A stretch of 64,000 nt of DNA from Spirochaetia bacterium (lineage in GTDB: Bacteria; Spirochaetota; Spirochaetia; DSM-2461), in the NCBI GenBank assembly GCA_963666985.2, contig CAXXIA010000002.1, positions 448,001-512,000 of the forward strand, in the 5' to 3' direction. This document shows positions 28,308 through 37,834 of the stretch, piece by piece; position 1 is the stretch's first letter; each line of letters starts with the position of its first letter. Under the pieces are notes generated by a model. The model saw only the letters and a list, made by a program, of their open reading frames with translations. It had not been told where the DNA came from and did not search any database. The position numbers and the translations under genes are program-made.

Positions 28308-30215
28308 ATGGAATATTACATTTTCCTTATTCTTGCACCTTTCTCTTTAGGCATTTTAATTGTTACAGGTGTAGTTATTGGTATGAGGTATCATAATCCT
28401 TTGCCAAGAACTCTTTTGTGCTTTTTCATTTGTGTAATATGTTATCTATCCGCAAATATTGTTGAATTATTATTACCTTCGCCTGAACAGACAAATAAAA
28501 CAGCCATGATCGGACATATTTTCTTTTCATTTCTCCCCGTTATATGGCTTAGATTTTCAATATTGTACGTAGGAAACCGCAGATTAAAAGAAATTTGGAA
28601 AATTTTTCCATTTTGTATAATTCCGGTTATTACAATTATACTTATGTTTACCACAAACAAGCATCATCTATTTTGGAAAAGCATTGACTATATACAAATA
28701 GATCGAATGTTAACTATGGATGCCGATTACGGACCATGGATGTGGATATATGGTTTTTACAATGATACCATATATATCATTGGTGTTATTTTAATCTTGC
28801 AGGCTGTAATAGGGAGTAAAAAATTATACAAGAAGCAATCTGGAATCATTATCACGGCAATAATGATTCCTCTGATTTTTAATGCGCTATATGCATTTCG
28901 CATGCTACCCTTTTTACAAAAAGATTTCACATCAATCAGCTATTCTCTTACTGCGCTAATGTGTTTTATCGGTATTTCCAAACTCCAACTGCTTAGAATT
29001 GTTCCCGTAATTAGAAATAATATAATTCAAGATATGAGAATGGCTTATATTGTTTTTGATAAAATGTATAACATAATTGATTTCAACAATACAGCCGAAT
29101 CATTTTTCAATCTTAATGATCATCATCTTGGTCGGCCGCTTTCAACAATTACATCGCTTGAAAATTTTCTTAATCCTTTACTTTACAATAACAATGAATA
29201 CGGCGAACAGCAGATAGAGAAAAGCAACCAGTATTACAATGTCATCAAAATGGATCTTTCTAAGAAATCTTCTCATTATGAAGGATTCTTATATACAATA
29301 ATCGATGTCACTGCCGAAATCACTCTAATAAACGAGAAAACGGCTATGGCGGAAACTCTTAAAAGAATAAATTCAGAACTAAAAAGCGCTCAATCTATTA
29401 TTATTCAACAGGAAAAAATGGCTACGATAGGACAACTTACAGCCGGAATTGCGCATGAAATTAATAATCCTTTAAGCTTTGTTAAAAATAATTTCCACAT
29501 TTATGAACATTATTGGAAACTTTATAATAACATGATTTTATCTAATAAAGGAAACGGAATAATAGAGATTTCAAAAAAGACGAAAGAGCTTAAAGATCAA
29601 ATGGAAACAATTTTTCAAGACTCACAAGACGGCACAAATCGGGTAGTGAAAATAGTTCAGGATCTTCTCAAATTTTCACGCCCCGCAGAGAACTGTGAGA
29701 ATTTATTATGTGATCTCAATAAAAGCGTAGAAACCTGTCTGGCCATAATGGGGAATCAATTAAAATATACGGCTTGTTTTAAGAAAAAGACAGAAGAAAT
29801 TCCAAAAATAGAATGCCGCGAAACAGAAATAAACCAAGTTCTGATAAACCTACTTACAAACGCAGCCCATGCTGTTAAAACCCGCAAGGAAAACTGCAAA
29901 GAAAATTATGAGCCTTGTATAACATTAAATACATGGACTGATAAAAAGTCGGTTTTTTGTTCAATAACAGACAATGGGATATCGATTCGGAAGAAGGATA
30001 TTCCTTTTATCTTCGAACCATTTTTTACAACAAAGAAAAGCGGCGAAGGTACCGGATTAGGGCTCTCAATAGTAAAAGATATAATTGAAGGAAGATACAA
30101 CGGTAAAATAGATGTTGTGGTAGATAATCAAACTTCATTTATTCTTTCGATTCCCATCAAGCAAAAAATAATCAAAGATCGTATGTATCTTGAAGAGCCG
30201 ATGATAAACGTATGA
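28308..30215 (+). CDS. Histidine kinase with N-terminal 7TM sensor, PAS-like, HisKA and HATPase domains
   Basis: About 7 TM segments, IIDFNNTA (PAS-like), EKMATIGQLTAGIAHEINNPL, NLLTNA, FEPFFTTK, GTGLGL. Confidence 0.9.
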   Translation: MEYYIFLILAPFSLGILIVTGVVIGMRYHNPLPRTLLCFFICVICYLSANIVELLLPSPEQTNKTAMIGHIFFSFLPVIWLRFSILYVGNRRLKEIWKIFPFCIIPVITIILMFTTNKHHLFWKSIDYIQIDRMLTMDADYGPWMWIYGFYNDTIYIIGVILILQAVIGSKKLYKKQSGIIITAIMIPLIFNALYAFRMLPFLQKDFTSISYSLTALMCFIGISKLQLLRIVPVIRNNIIQDMRMAYIVFDKMYNIIDFNNTAESFFNLNDHHLGRPLSTITSLENFLNPLLYNNNEYGEQQIEKSNQYYNVIKMDLSKKSSHYEGFLYTIIDVTAEITLINEKTAMAETLKRINSELKSAQSIIIQQEKMATIGQLTAGIAHEINNPLSFVKNNFHIYEHYWKLYNNMILSNKGNGIIEISKKTKELKDQMETIFQDSQDGTNRVVKIVQDLLKFSRPAENCENLLCDLNKSVETCLAIMGNQLKYTACFKKKTEEIPKIECRETEINQVLINLLTNAAHAVKTRKENCKENYEPCITLNTWTDKKSVFCSITDNGISIRKKDIPFIFEPFFTTKKSGEGTGLGLSIVKDIIEGRYNGKIDVVVDNQTSFILSIPIKQKIIKDRMYLEEPMINV

Positions 30216-31024
30216 AGAAAACCATTTCCCGCTTTCCATCCTCAAGACTGGCGACGCACGACATCGGACGGCTGAGCATGCGAAAACATCACGTGGCCGG
30301 TTTCATTGAAGTCGACATTACCGAAGGACGCCGGCTGATCAAAAAAGGCATCAGGGAAGGCCGAAAAATCAGTCTGACATCATGGCTGGTAAAAGAAATC
30401 AGCCGCGCCATTGAAGAGAATCCTCAAATAAACGCCGTCCGTTCCTTCGGGCGGAGAGTGGTTCTTTTCGAGGATGTCAACATTTCGGTTCCCGTGGAAA
30501 AAACCGTCGGCGGGGAAAAAGTCCCCATCGTCAAACTGCTTATGAAAACGAACCGTATGAGCCTCGAAGAAATCCATGAAGAATTGGACGAAGGCCGCCG
30601 AAAAATCGTCGAAACCGAAAAAGACTACACGCCGACCCAAAAGTGGTACACACGCTTCAATAAACTTTTTTTCCATCTTCCGCAATTTCTCCGACTCGTT
30701 ATTTGGCGCTTGATTTTGCTGACCCCCGCATCGGTTCAGAAGAACATCGGCACCGCGATCGTAACGAACGCGGGAACCATCGGCAAAAACCCCGGATGGA
30801 TTCAGTCGAAAACGATACACAACATGTGTTTTGCCCTGGGCTCCATCGTGAAAAAAACCAAATTCATCAACGGAGAAGCCGCTCAAAGGGATATCCTGCA
30901 TTTGACGATCCTGGTTGATCACGATGTTATCGACGGGCTGCCGGCGGCGAAATTCATCACGGCGCTGGTAGGCAGCATTGAAGATGCCCGCGAATTGCAT
31001 GATGATCAAAGAGAAACGGTATGA
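30212..31024 (+). CDS. Stand-alone 2-oxo-acid dehydrogenase acyltransferase catalytic-domain protein
   Basis: EVDIT, P-x-INA, DVNISVPVE, C-terminal DHDVIDG (HxxxDG); no lipoyl domain. Confidence 0.85.
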   Translation: MKKTISRFPSSRLATHDIGRLSMRKHHVAGFIEVDITEGRRLIKKGIREGRKISLTSWLVKEISRAIEENPQINAVRSFGRRVVLFEDVNISVPVEKTVGGEKVPIVKLLMKTNRMSLEEIHEELDEGRRKIVETEKDYTPTQKWYTRFNKLFFHLPQFLRLVIWRLILLTPASVQKNIGTAIVTNAGTIGKNPGWIQSKTIHNMCFALGSIVKKTKFINGEAAQRDILHLTILVDHDVIDGLPAAKFITALVGSIEDARELHDDQRETV

Positions 31025-31200
31025 ACCGCGCCGTGATTTTCGCTTAAAAAGCGCCGCCGTACGGCAAACCGGCCGTGCCGCTCCCGGACTCCGTGCGAAC
31101 GGCCGCCGCGACGCCCCGGGCCGGTCGGATTCGGCCTAATAAACGGGCCCGCCGCAGCAGCCGATCCCTGCATCCGGACGTCACGAAAGGAGGAGAAAAC

Positions 31201-31749
31201 ATGACTTCCGATTCCGACCGATCCGCACTTTTGTCTCTGGCCCGAAAGGCCATCGCCGAAAAGCTCGAAGGACGCAAACCGCCCGTGGCAAAGCTTCTTC
31301 CCTCCGGCGCATCCGCTCCATCCGGTTCCGGCGGCGCTTTCGTTACCCTCAGAATCGGTGAACATCTTCGGGGCTGCATCGGGCTGCTCCGCTCGAATGA
31401 ACCCGTGTCCGAGACCGTGGCCGAAATGGCCCGTTCGGCGGCCTTCGGCGACCCGCGTTTTCCCGCCCTTTCACGCAACGAGCTGGAAGAGATATCCGTC
31501 GAGATCTCACGGCTCTCGGAATTTTTCCCCATTACGCCCGATGAGGTTGTCGTCGGCAAACACGGCCTGCTGCTTCGCCTGGGTTTCCGTTCCGGTCTTC
31601 TGCTTCCTCAGGTTCCCGGTGAACAGGGATGGAACAAAGAACAGTACCTCTCCGGGCTTTGCCGTAAAGCGGGGCTTCCCGACGGAGCCTATAACGATCC
31701 TGAAGCCGAACTTCTGGCCTTTACGGCCGAGGTGTTCGGGGAAAATTGA
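31201..31749 (+). CDS. AMMECR1-domain protein (AmmeMemoRadiSam system protein A-like)
   Basis: AGGAG RBS; GAFVTL, LRGCIG, AAFGDPRF, GLLLPQV, LCRKAG. Confidence 0.92.
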   Translation: MTSDSDRSALLSLARKAIAEKLEGRKPPVAKLLPSGASAPSGSGGAFVTLRIGEHLRGCIGLLRSNEPVSETVAEMARSAAFGDPRFPALSRNELEEISVEISRLSEFFPITPDEVVVGKHGLLLRLGFRSGLLLPQVPGEQGWNKEQYLSGLCRKAGLPDGAYNDPEAELLAFTAEVFGEN

Positions 31750-31958
31750 TGGGTATGTCACGAAAAGGCAAATTCGTTTCGGGGATATGCCGCAGGGGAA
31801 ATCGGCGGATTTCCGGCTCCGGCTTCCATCCTTCGAATTCTTTCCTACGAATCGAAAGCGGCAAGGCGGTGCGGCCGGAGCCGAAGCGCGCTTCCCAGCC
31901 CTTTGAGCTCACGCTACAATAGAGGATATACGGAACAATAACCAACAAGAGGAAAAAA

Positions 31959-33992
31959 ATGGACGACCAAGTGCTTAAAACGGCCGCGAATCAGATTCGC
32001 ATCCTTTCGGCCGCCATGGTTGAAAAGGCCAAATCCGGCCATCCCGGCGGCGCCATGGGCGGTGCCGAATTCATCAACCTGCTCTATGCCGAATATCTGA
32101 ATTTCGATCCCTCCGACCCGACATGGTTCGAAAGAGACCGCTTCTTTCTTGATCCGGGCCACATGTCCCCGATGCTCTATGCAACCTTAAGCCTCTACGG
32201 CTTCTACTCCAAAGACGAACTGAAAGAGTTCCGCCAGTGGGGCAGCCCCACTCCCGGCCACCCCGAGCTCAACCCCTCGCGCGGCGTGGAGAATACCTCC
32301 GGCCCTCTGGGACAGGGACACGTTATGGCCGTAGGTTCGGCCATCGCCGACAAATTCCTCCGGGCCCGTTTCGGGGACTGGATGGGCCAAACCCATTACG
32401 CCTTTATCTCCGACGGCGGCGTTCAGGAAGAAATCTCCCAGGGAGCCGGCCGCATCGCCGGGAAACTGGGCCTGGACAACCTCGTGATGTTCTACGATTC
32501 CAACGACATCCAGCTTTCCACCGTTACCGCCGATGTTACGGGCGAAGATACGGCCGCCAAATACAAGGCCTGGGGATGGAACGTCATCACCGTGGACGGC
32601 ACCGACGTGTCCGCTCTCCGGGGAGCTCTGGATACCGCGAAGGCCGAAACCGGCAGACCCACCCTCATCATCGGTAAAACCATCATGGGTCAGGGCGCCG
32701 TGGATGCCGAAGGCGCCTCCTTTGAGAAAAAAGTCTCCACCCACGGGCAGCCTCTTTCGGCCGCCGGCGCCGACTTCGCCAAAACAATCGCCAACCTCGG
32801 CGGAAATCCTGAGAATCCTTTCGCGGATCTGCCGGGCGTGGCCGAACTGATGGGTGAAATCATCGAGAAAAAGAAATCGGCCGCCGCCGCGAAGAAAGCG
32901 AAGAAAGCCGAATGGGCCTCCGCCCATCCTTCCGAAGCGGCGAAACTCGCCGACTGGGTTGCCGGGAAGCTCCCCGAACTCGATTTTTCCGCGATTGAAC
33001 AAAAATCGGGCGCCGCCACCCGGGCCGCTTCGGCCGCGGTTCTGAACTGGCTGGCCGGGAAACTCGATAATATGATCGTTTCCTCGGCGGATCTGTCGAA
33101 TTCGGACAAAACCGACGGCTTTCTGAAAGCTACCAAAGCCATGGCTCCCGGAGATTTTTCCGGCGCCTTCCTCCAGGCCGGAGTGTCCGAACTTACCATG
33201 GCGGCCATACTGAACGGCATGGCTCTCCACGGCGGCGTGATTCCCGCCGGCGGTACGTTCTTCGTCTTCTCCGATTATATGAAGCCGGCCGCCCGCATCG
33301 CGGCCCTGATGGAAATCCCCGTGATCTACGTTTGGACGCACGATGCCTTCCGCGTCGGCGAGGACGGTCCCACCCACCAGCCGGTCGAACAGGAAGCCCA
33401 AATCCGTCTGTTGGAAAAACTGAAAAACCATTCGGGCAAGCCGTCTCTCCTGGCTCTGCGTCCCGCCGACGCGGCCGAAACAACCGTGGCCTGGAAACTG
33501 GCCCTGGAGAACCGCGGCACACCCACGGCGCTCATCTTGAGCCGTCAGAACATCGCCGATCTGCCCGCCGCGTCCGGCAATCGCTATAAAGAAGCTCTTC
33601 AGGCCGCCAAAGGCGCCTATATCGTGGAAGACTGCGACGGAACGCCGGACATCATTTTCCTGGCTTCCGGTTCGGAAGTTTCCACCATGGTCGGCGGAGC
33701 GGCCCTGCTCCGCGCAAAAGGGAAAAAGGTCCGTGTGGTTTCGGTTCCCTCCGAAGGACTTTTCCGAACTCAAAACGCCTCATACCAGGCATCGGTTCTG
33801 CCGGCGGGAATCCCCAAACTCGGCTTTACCGCCGGTCTGCCCGTCACTTTGGAAGGACTGGTCGGTTCCGACGGTTTCGTCTTCGGCCTGGACCATTTCG
33901 GCCATTCGGCACCCGCCAAGGTTTTGGACGAAAAGCTCGGCTTTACGCCTGAGAACGTCCTTGCCCAGGCGGAGAAAGTCCTCGCGGGTTAA
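31959..33992 (+). CDS. tkt: Transketolase
   Basis: SGHPGG, TPGHPE, TSGPLGQG, SDGGVQE, GEDGPTHQP, GSEV, FGHSAP. Confidence 0.97.
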   Translation: MDDQVLKTAANQIRILSAAMVEKAKSGHPGGAMGGAEFINLLYAEYLNFDPSDPTWFERDRFFLDPGHMSPMLYATLSLYGFYSKDELKEFRQWGSPTPGHPELNPSRGVENTSGPLGQGHVMAVGSAIADKFLRARFGDWMGQTHYAFISDGGVQEEISQGAGRIAGKLGLDNLVMFYDSNDIQLSTVTADVTGEDTAAKYKAWGWNVITVDGTDVSALRGALDTAKAETGRPTLIIGKTIMGQGAVDAEGASFEKKVSTHGQPLSAAGADFAKTIANLGGNPENPFADLPGVAELMGEIIEKKKSAAAAKKAKKAEWASAHPSEAAKLADWVAGKLPELDFSAIEQKSGAATRAASAAVLNWLAGKLDNMIVSSADLSNSDKTDGFLKATKAMAPGDFSGAFLQAGVSELTMAAILNGMALHGGVIPAGGTFFVFSDYMKPAARIAALMEIPVIYVWTHDAFRVGEDGPTHQPVEQEAQIRLLEKLKNHSGKPSLLALRPADAAETTVAWKLALENRGTPTALILSRQNIADLPAASGNRYKEALQAAKGAYIVEDCDGTPDIIFLASGSEVSTMVGGAALLRAKGKKVRVVSVPSEGLFRTQNASYQASVLPAGIPKLGFTAGLPVTLEGLVGSDGFVFGLDHFGHSAPAKVLDEKLGFTPENVLAQAEKVLAG

Positions 33993-34008
33993 ACCGCAGG
34001 CCCTTAAA

Positions 34009-34041
34009 CGGAATCGAAGAGGTTTGACCTCTTCGATTCCG
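34009..34041 (+). terminator. 15-bp perfect hairpin after tkt
   Basis: CGGAATCGAAGAGGT-TTG-ACCTCTTCGATTCCG; no U-tract. Confidence 0.55.
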
Positions 34042-34089
34042 CCGCGGGACCGCGGCAAGTTTTCATATGCTGCAAAGTTCTTCAGTCGG

Positions 34090-35322
34090 ATGAAAAAAAA
34101 CCTCGTTCTTGCAATTCTGCTGATCGGTTTCACGATTTCATTAACCGCGGAAACCCAAGAGCGGATTTTCATCGTCCGTCCGAGGATTATCTCTTCCACG
34201 AAGGAACACTTCCTGGAAGAAAGCAAACTGTGGGCTAACGTTCGGCGTGACGTATCGGAATGGTACCGTGATGTTATAGAAGGATGGCATGGAAGCGGGT
34301 TTCTGTATGTTGGTGAAAACGGTGAAAACTTCATCATCACCAACCGCCATGTTCTTTCTCATGCCGCAAGTGCGGATATAACGGAAATTTCCGGAGAGGT
34401 TGAACTAACCTATACCGAATGTCCCGTTGTTTATGTTTCCGACGGCGCCGATTTCGCGGTGCTGGCTTTTCCGGAAAACATCCGGCCGTTCACGGAAGGA
34501 TTCCAAATCTACGATGGGATAATCTCCGCCGGAACGGCCGTATCCGCGGCGGGCTACCCCGGGAACGGAGACGGCCAAGAACCGATATGGAGTCTGACCG
34601 AAGGAATTGTTATCGATGGAACGGCGTATCTTCGATATCCCGATACCAATGATTTCGCCTATTTCATTGCTCATTCGGCCGCCCTGCGCGGAGGAAACAG
34701 CGGCGGTCCGCTGCTCGCCGAAATCGACGGAAAAACAACGGTTATCGGGATAAACACCTTTGTGACCAACGGAGAAAACAATATAGGGTATGCCCTGCCA
34801 AGTTCCATTCTGGTTAAAGAATGGGATAAGTTCATGGAAGTTCAAACCCGAAATACGGACTTAAGAAATCAGAAAACCCTCGAAAATACATGCGGATTCT
34901 TTACCTCCCATATCAACAGCGGTGTTCCCGATAGAAAATGGATCAACGGCGTACTATCGGAATACCTGGTTTCGGACTTCGGACTTGAAGCGGTTGAGAG
35001 TCTCGCCGGTGAGAACTACACAGTCGAAGAAATTAATATCAAGGATTACTTTTTCAGACGCCCGTGGGAGACCATGAGATTGGCCGCTTTGGAACATGTC
35101 CTTTCAATGCTGCGTCAGGATCTTCCTTTCCGCTACGAAGGCATGGTTGAAGAGAATCTCGATACCGATGCTTCGTTTCCGCCGGACGGAGTCCAATCAC
35201 GCTTTCGCGACGAGAAATCCGAGTACATAATCACTTGGGCGCTGTTATACGGAGAGTGGCGTATAACAGGAATCGACCGGGAACCGATTCGGAAACGACA
35301 CCGATACCGCTCATCCGGCTAA
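34090..35322 (+). CDS. Exported trypsin-like serine protease (S1) with uncharacterised C-terminal domain
   Basis: Signal peptide; GSGF, ITNRHV (His), DFAVL (Asp), GGNSGGPL (Ser). Confidence 0.88.
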   Translation: MKKNLVLAILLIGFTISLTAETQERIFIVRPRIISSTKEHFLEESKLWANVRRDVSEWYRDVIEGWHGSGFLYVGENGENFIITNRHVLSHAASADITEISGEVELTYTECPVVYVSDGADFAVLAFPENIRPFTEGFQIYDGIISAGTAVSAAGYPGNGDGQEPIWSLTEGIVIDGTAYLRYPDTNDFAYFIAHSAALRGGNSGGPLLAEIDGKTTVIGINTFVTNGENNIGYALPSSILVKEWDKFMEVQTRNTDLRNQKTLENTCGFFTSHINSGVPDRKWINGVLSEYLVSDFGLEAVESLAGENYTVEEINIKDYFFRRPWETMRLAALEHVLSMLRQDLPFRYEGMVEENLDTDASFPPDGVQSRFRDEKSEYIITWALLYGEWRITGIDREPIRKRHRYRSSG

Positions 35323-35369
35323 CGATCCGTTCCGGTTCGGTATCTCTCCGAAAGTCCATATTCGCTTTT

Positions 35370-36257
35370 TTATGATTTCTCCGTCCGGAGCTCATCGGAT
35401 GCCGCTTCAGAGGACCGCTTTTTCTCCCGAAAGCATAAGATGGCCAGAAGAGCTCCGCCGGCCAGGATCATCCCCAGGCAAAGCACTTGTCCCATGGAAA
35501 AATGAAAGAGAACGAATCCCAAATGGGCATCCGGCTGCCGGGTATATTCGATGAAGAACCGAAAAAAACCATATCCGATAAGATACAAAGCCAGCATCGA
35601 GCCCGGTACTTTTACCCTCTTTCTCAAAAACCAAAGAATGATAAAAAGGATAATTCCTTCAAAGAAGGCCTCATAGAGCTGCGATGGATGCCGAAGCCGG
35701 TTCCCCGGCGCCGACGAAAAAATCATCCCCAAGGCCGAATCGGTTATCCTGCCGTAAAGTTCACCGTTGATGAAGTTTCCAAGCCGGCCGAATGTGTAGC
35801 CTAAGGGAACGCACGGAACAATCAGATCGGCCGCGAGCAAAAACGGAATACGCTGTTTCCGTGTGTAGAGAAAAGCGGCCAAGATTACGCCGATAAGTCC
35901 TCCATGAAAAGACATGCCCGTAATGCCGACAAAACGCCATCCGTTCGCCCGGTCGAACGGCAGAATAATCTCAAGCGGATGATGAAAATAATAAACCGGG
36001 TCGTAGAAAAAAACGTATCCCAACCGTCCGCCGAGAAGAACGCCGAGAATCATGGCGGCCATCAGGCTCTGCAGTTCTTCCAGATTGAATTCGAATCGAT
36101 CTTCGGTGTTCAGACGATGGGCCGCCAGTCCGTAAGCGACGGCGAACGCCGCGAGGTACATCATGCCGTACCAGCGAAGCTCAAAACTCCCTAATTGCAG
36201 AATAACGGGATTCATCCGTCCGGGCATTGTCCGCCACCACTCGGAAAAACCGTTCAT
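35370..36257 (-). CDS. lgt: Prolipoprotein diacylglyceryl transferase
   Basis: RWYGMMY, GGRLGYV, GMSFHGG, GRLGNFINGELYGR, RHPSQLYE. Confidence 0.97.
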   Translation of the reverse strand: MNGFSEWWRTMPGRMNPVILQLGSFELRWYGMMYLAAFAVAYGLAAHRLNTEDRFEFNLEELQSLMAAMILGVLLGGRLGYVFFYDPVYYFHHPLEIILPFDRANGWRFVGITGMSFHGGLIGVILAAFLYTRKQRIPFLLAADLIVPCVPLGYTFGRLGNFINGELYGRITDSALGMIFSSAPGNRLRHPSQLYEAFFEGIILFIILWFLRKRVKVPGSMLALYLIGYGFFRFFIEYTRQPDAHLGFVLFHFSMGQVLCLGMILAGGALLAILCFREKKRSSEAASDELRTEKS

Positions 36258-36261
36258 TTTA

Positions 36262-36906
36262 CTACCAGCCCAAAACCGCTTCCGGCGCACAGGAAAGATC
36301 GGCCGCAATCCAATGAGCGTCCGCCATGGCCCGCGCGTCGTTCGTCGTACACAGACCGAGAACCCGGCAGCCGGCGGCCAATCCCGCCGCAAGACCGCTT
36401 GTCGAATCTTCCACCACCAAACAAGTCTCGGGAGGCAATCCGATCCTCGCCGCGGCCTCAAGGAATATATCGGGATGAGGTTTTCTCCGCTCCACATCCA
36501 GCCCGTTCACCGTCGCATGAAAACTCTCGGGCGGCAGTCCGATTTCACGAAGATTATCGATCATCTTCACTTCATCGGCGCTGGTTGCCAAAGCCGTTTT
36601 CAATCCGCGTTCCCTGCAGAGCGCAACAAAGGAAAGGGCCCCGGGCAGCGCCTTGAGCCGCCCTTTAATCAGTTCACCGTAAATCTCGTAAGTTCGAGCC
36701 TTATCGCGTTCGATATCGATAGCAAAACCGTACTGTTTCGCGACTCCGCCGAGATAACTGTTCTCTCCCGTCCCCACCCACGGTTCATAATCCGCCGGCT
36801 TGGTAACGATGCCGTGCTCCGCGAACATGCGGATCGCCGCTTCACAGATAAAAGGCTCGGAATCGGCGAGAACTCCGTCCATATCAAAAATAACACCTTG
36901 CAACAT
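36262..36906 (-). CDS. HAD-family phosphatase (beta-PGM-like, subfamily IA)
   Basis: IFDMDGVL, LATS, KPHPDIF, VVEDS. Confidence 0.92.
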   Translation of the reverse strand: MLQGVIFDMDGVLADSEPFICEAAIRMFAEHGIVTKPADYEPWVGTGENSYLGGVAKQYGFAIDIERDKARTYEIYGELIKGRLKALPGALSFVALCRERGLKTALATSADEVKMIDNLREIGLPPESFHATVNGLDVERRKPHPDIFLEAAARIGLPPETCLVVEDSTSGLAAGLAAGCRVLGLCTTNDARAMADAHWIAADLSCAPEAVLGW

Positions 36907-37033
36907 GATGGTTGGAGTATACGAAAGGAAGGGCTTCGTTTCTACGCGTTCGGCCGATGTTCCGCCGGAGAAACGGACCATTCGCCGCACTGTGCAAAGA
37001 GACGTTCGAAGTTTCTTTGTTTATACTCCCTTC

Positions 37034-37771
37034 ATGACTCTCATGCTCCTCGGAGACAGCCTCTCCGCCGGGAACCTCGGCATTCCGTATTCCCGTTACC
37101 TATCCTTTTCCGCCGACAGCCGCATCGCAAATCACGGTATCGACGGAGATACTCTCCGCGGCGTGCTGCTGCGTATTGAGAATGCTTTGAATTCGGATAA
37201 ACCCGATGCTGTCCTTTTGGGAATCGGGGGGAACGATATTCTTCTTCCGAAAATGGCGGCTCGGGGAGGCACATGGACCGCTTTCGTGGAAGAGATGATC
37301 GCTTCGGGCGCCGTACCGACATCCGATCCGGAAGAATTCGAAACTTTGTTCGCTCGGCTGATCCGCGTTAGCGCCGATGCGAAGCCGGAACGCATCATCG
37401 TAACAACCATCCCGCCTCTGGGTGAAAATCTGGAAAGTCCATGGAATCGCCTTCGGGAAAATCTCAACCGGCGAATCCGCCGCGTCGCGGCGGCGGCCGG
37501 CAAAGATGAGAATCCCGCCGTCCGATTGGCTGATACGGCGAACGCCTTTGAAGAGGTACTCAGGCAAAGAACAGTCCGTTCCGATTGGTTCTTCGGCGAT
37601 CCGAAGGATTTCATAACCGATAAAAGGCGCATGCGCCGCGAAAAGGGCGCCGTGATGCTGTCGGAGGAACGAGGGCTGTACCTGACAATGGACGGCGTTC
37701 ACTTCAATGAACGGGGAGCGGAACTTTTCGCCGGAGTTGTGAACAAAACCTTCGCGTTGCGTTCCGGATAA
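37034..37771 (+). CDS. SGNH/GDSL hydrolase
   Basis: LGDSLS, NHGIDGD, IGGND, DGVH. Confidence 0.9.
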   Translation: MTLMLLGDSLSAGNLGIPYSRYLSFSADSRIANHGIDGDTLRGVLLRIENALNSDKPDAVLLGIGGNDILLPKMAARGGTWTAFVEEMIASGAVPTSDPEEFETLFARLIRVSADAKPERIIVTTIPPLGENLESPWNRLRENLNRRIRRVAAAAGKDENPAVRLADTANAFEEVLRQRTVRSDWFFGDPKDFITDKRRMRREKGAVMLSEERGLYLTMDGVHFNERGAELFAGVVNKTFALRSG

Positions 37772-37834
37772 CATACCGGAGGCCCGCCATTAAGGAATCG
37801 GATGCGGCGTTTTCCGTAATACTTTCGAAAAAAC

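Noticed and set aside
31750..31958. TPP riboswitch upstream of transketolase
   Set aside because: A CGGCTCCGGC/GCCGGAGCCG stem exists, but the CUGAGA and other TPP core motifs are absent
32187..33773. 528-aa antisense ORF (also 37883-38953, 41341-42243, 60298-61362, 36163-37179)
   Set aside because: Shadow ORFs opposite well-supported genes, expected from GC-biased codon usage; no motifs
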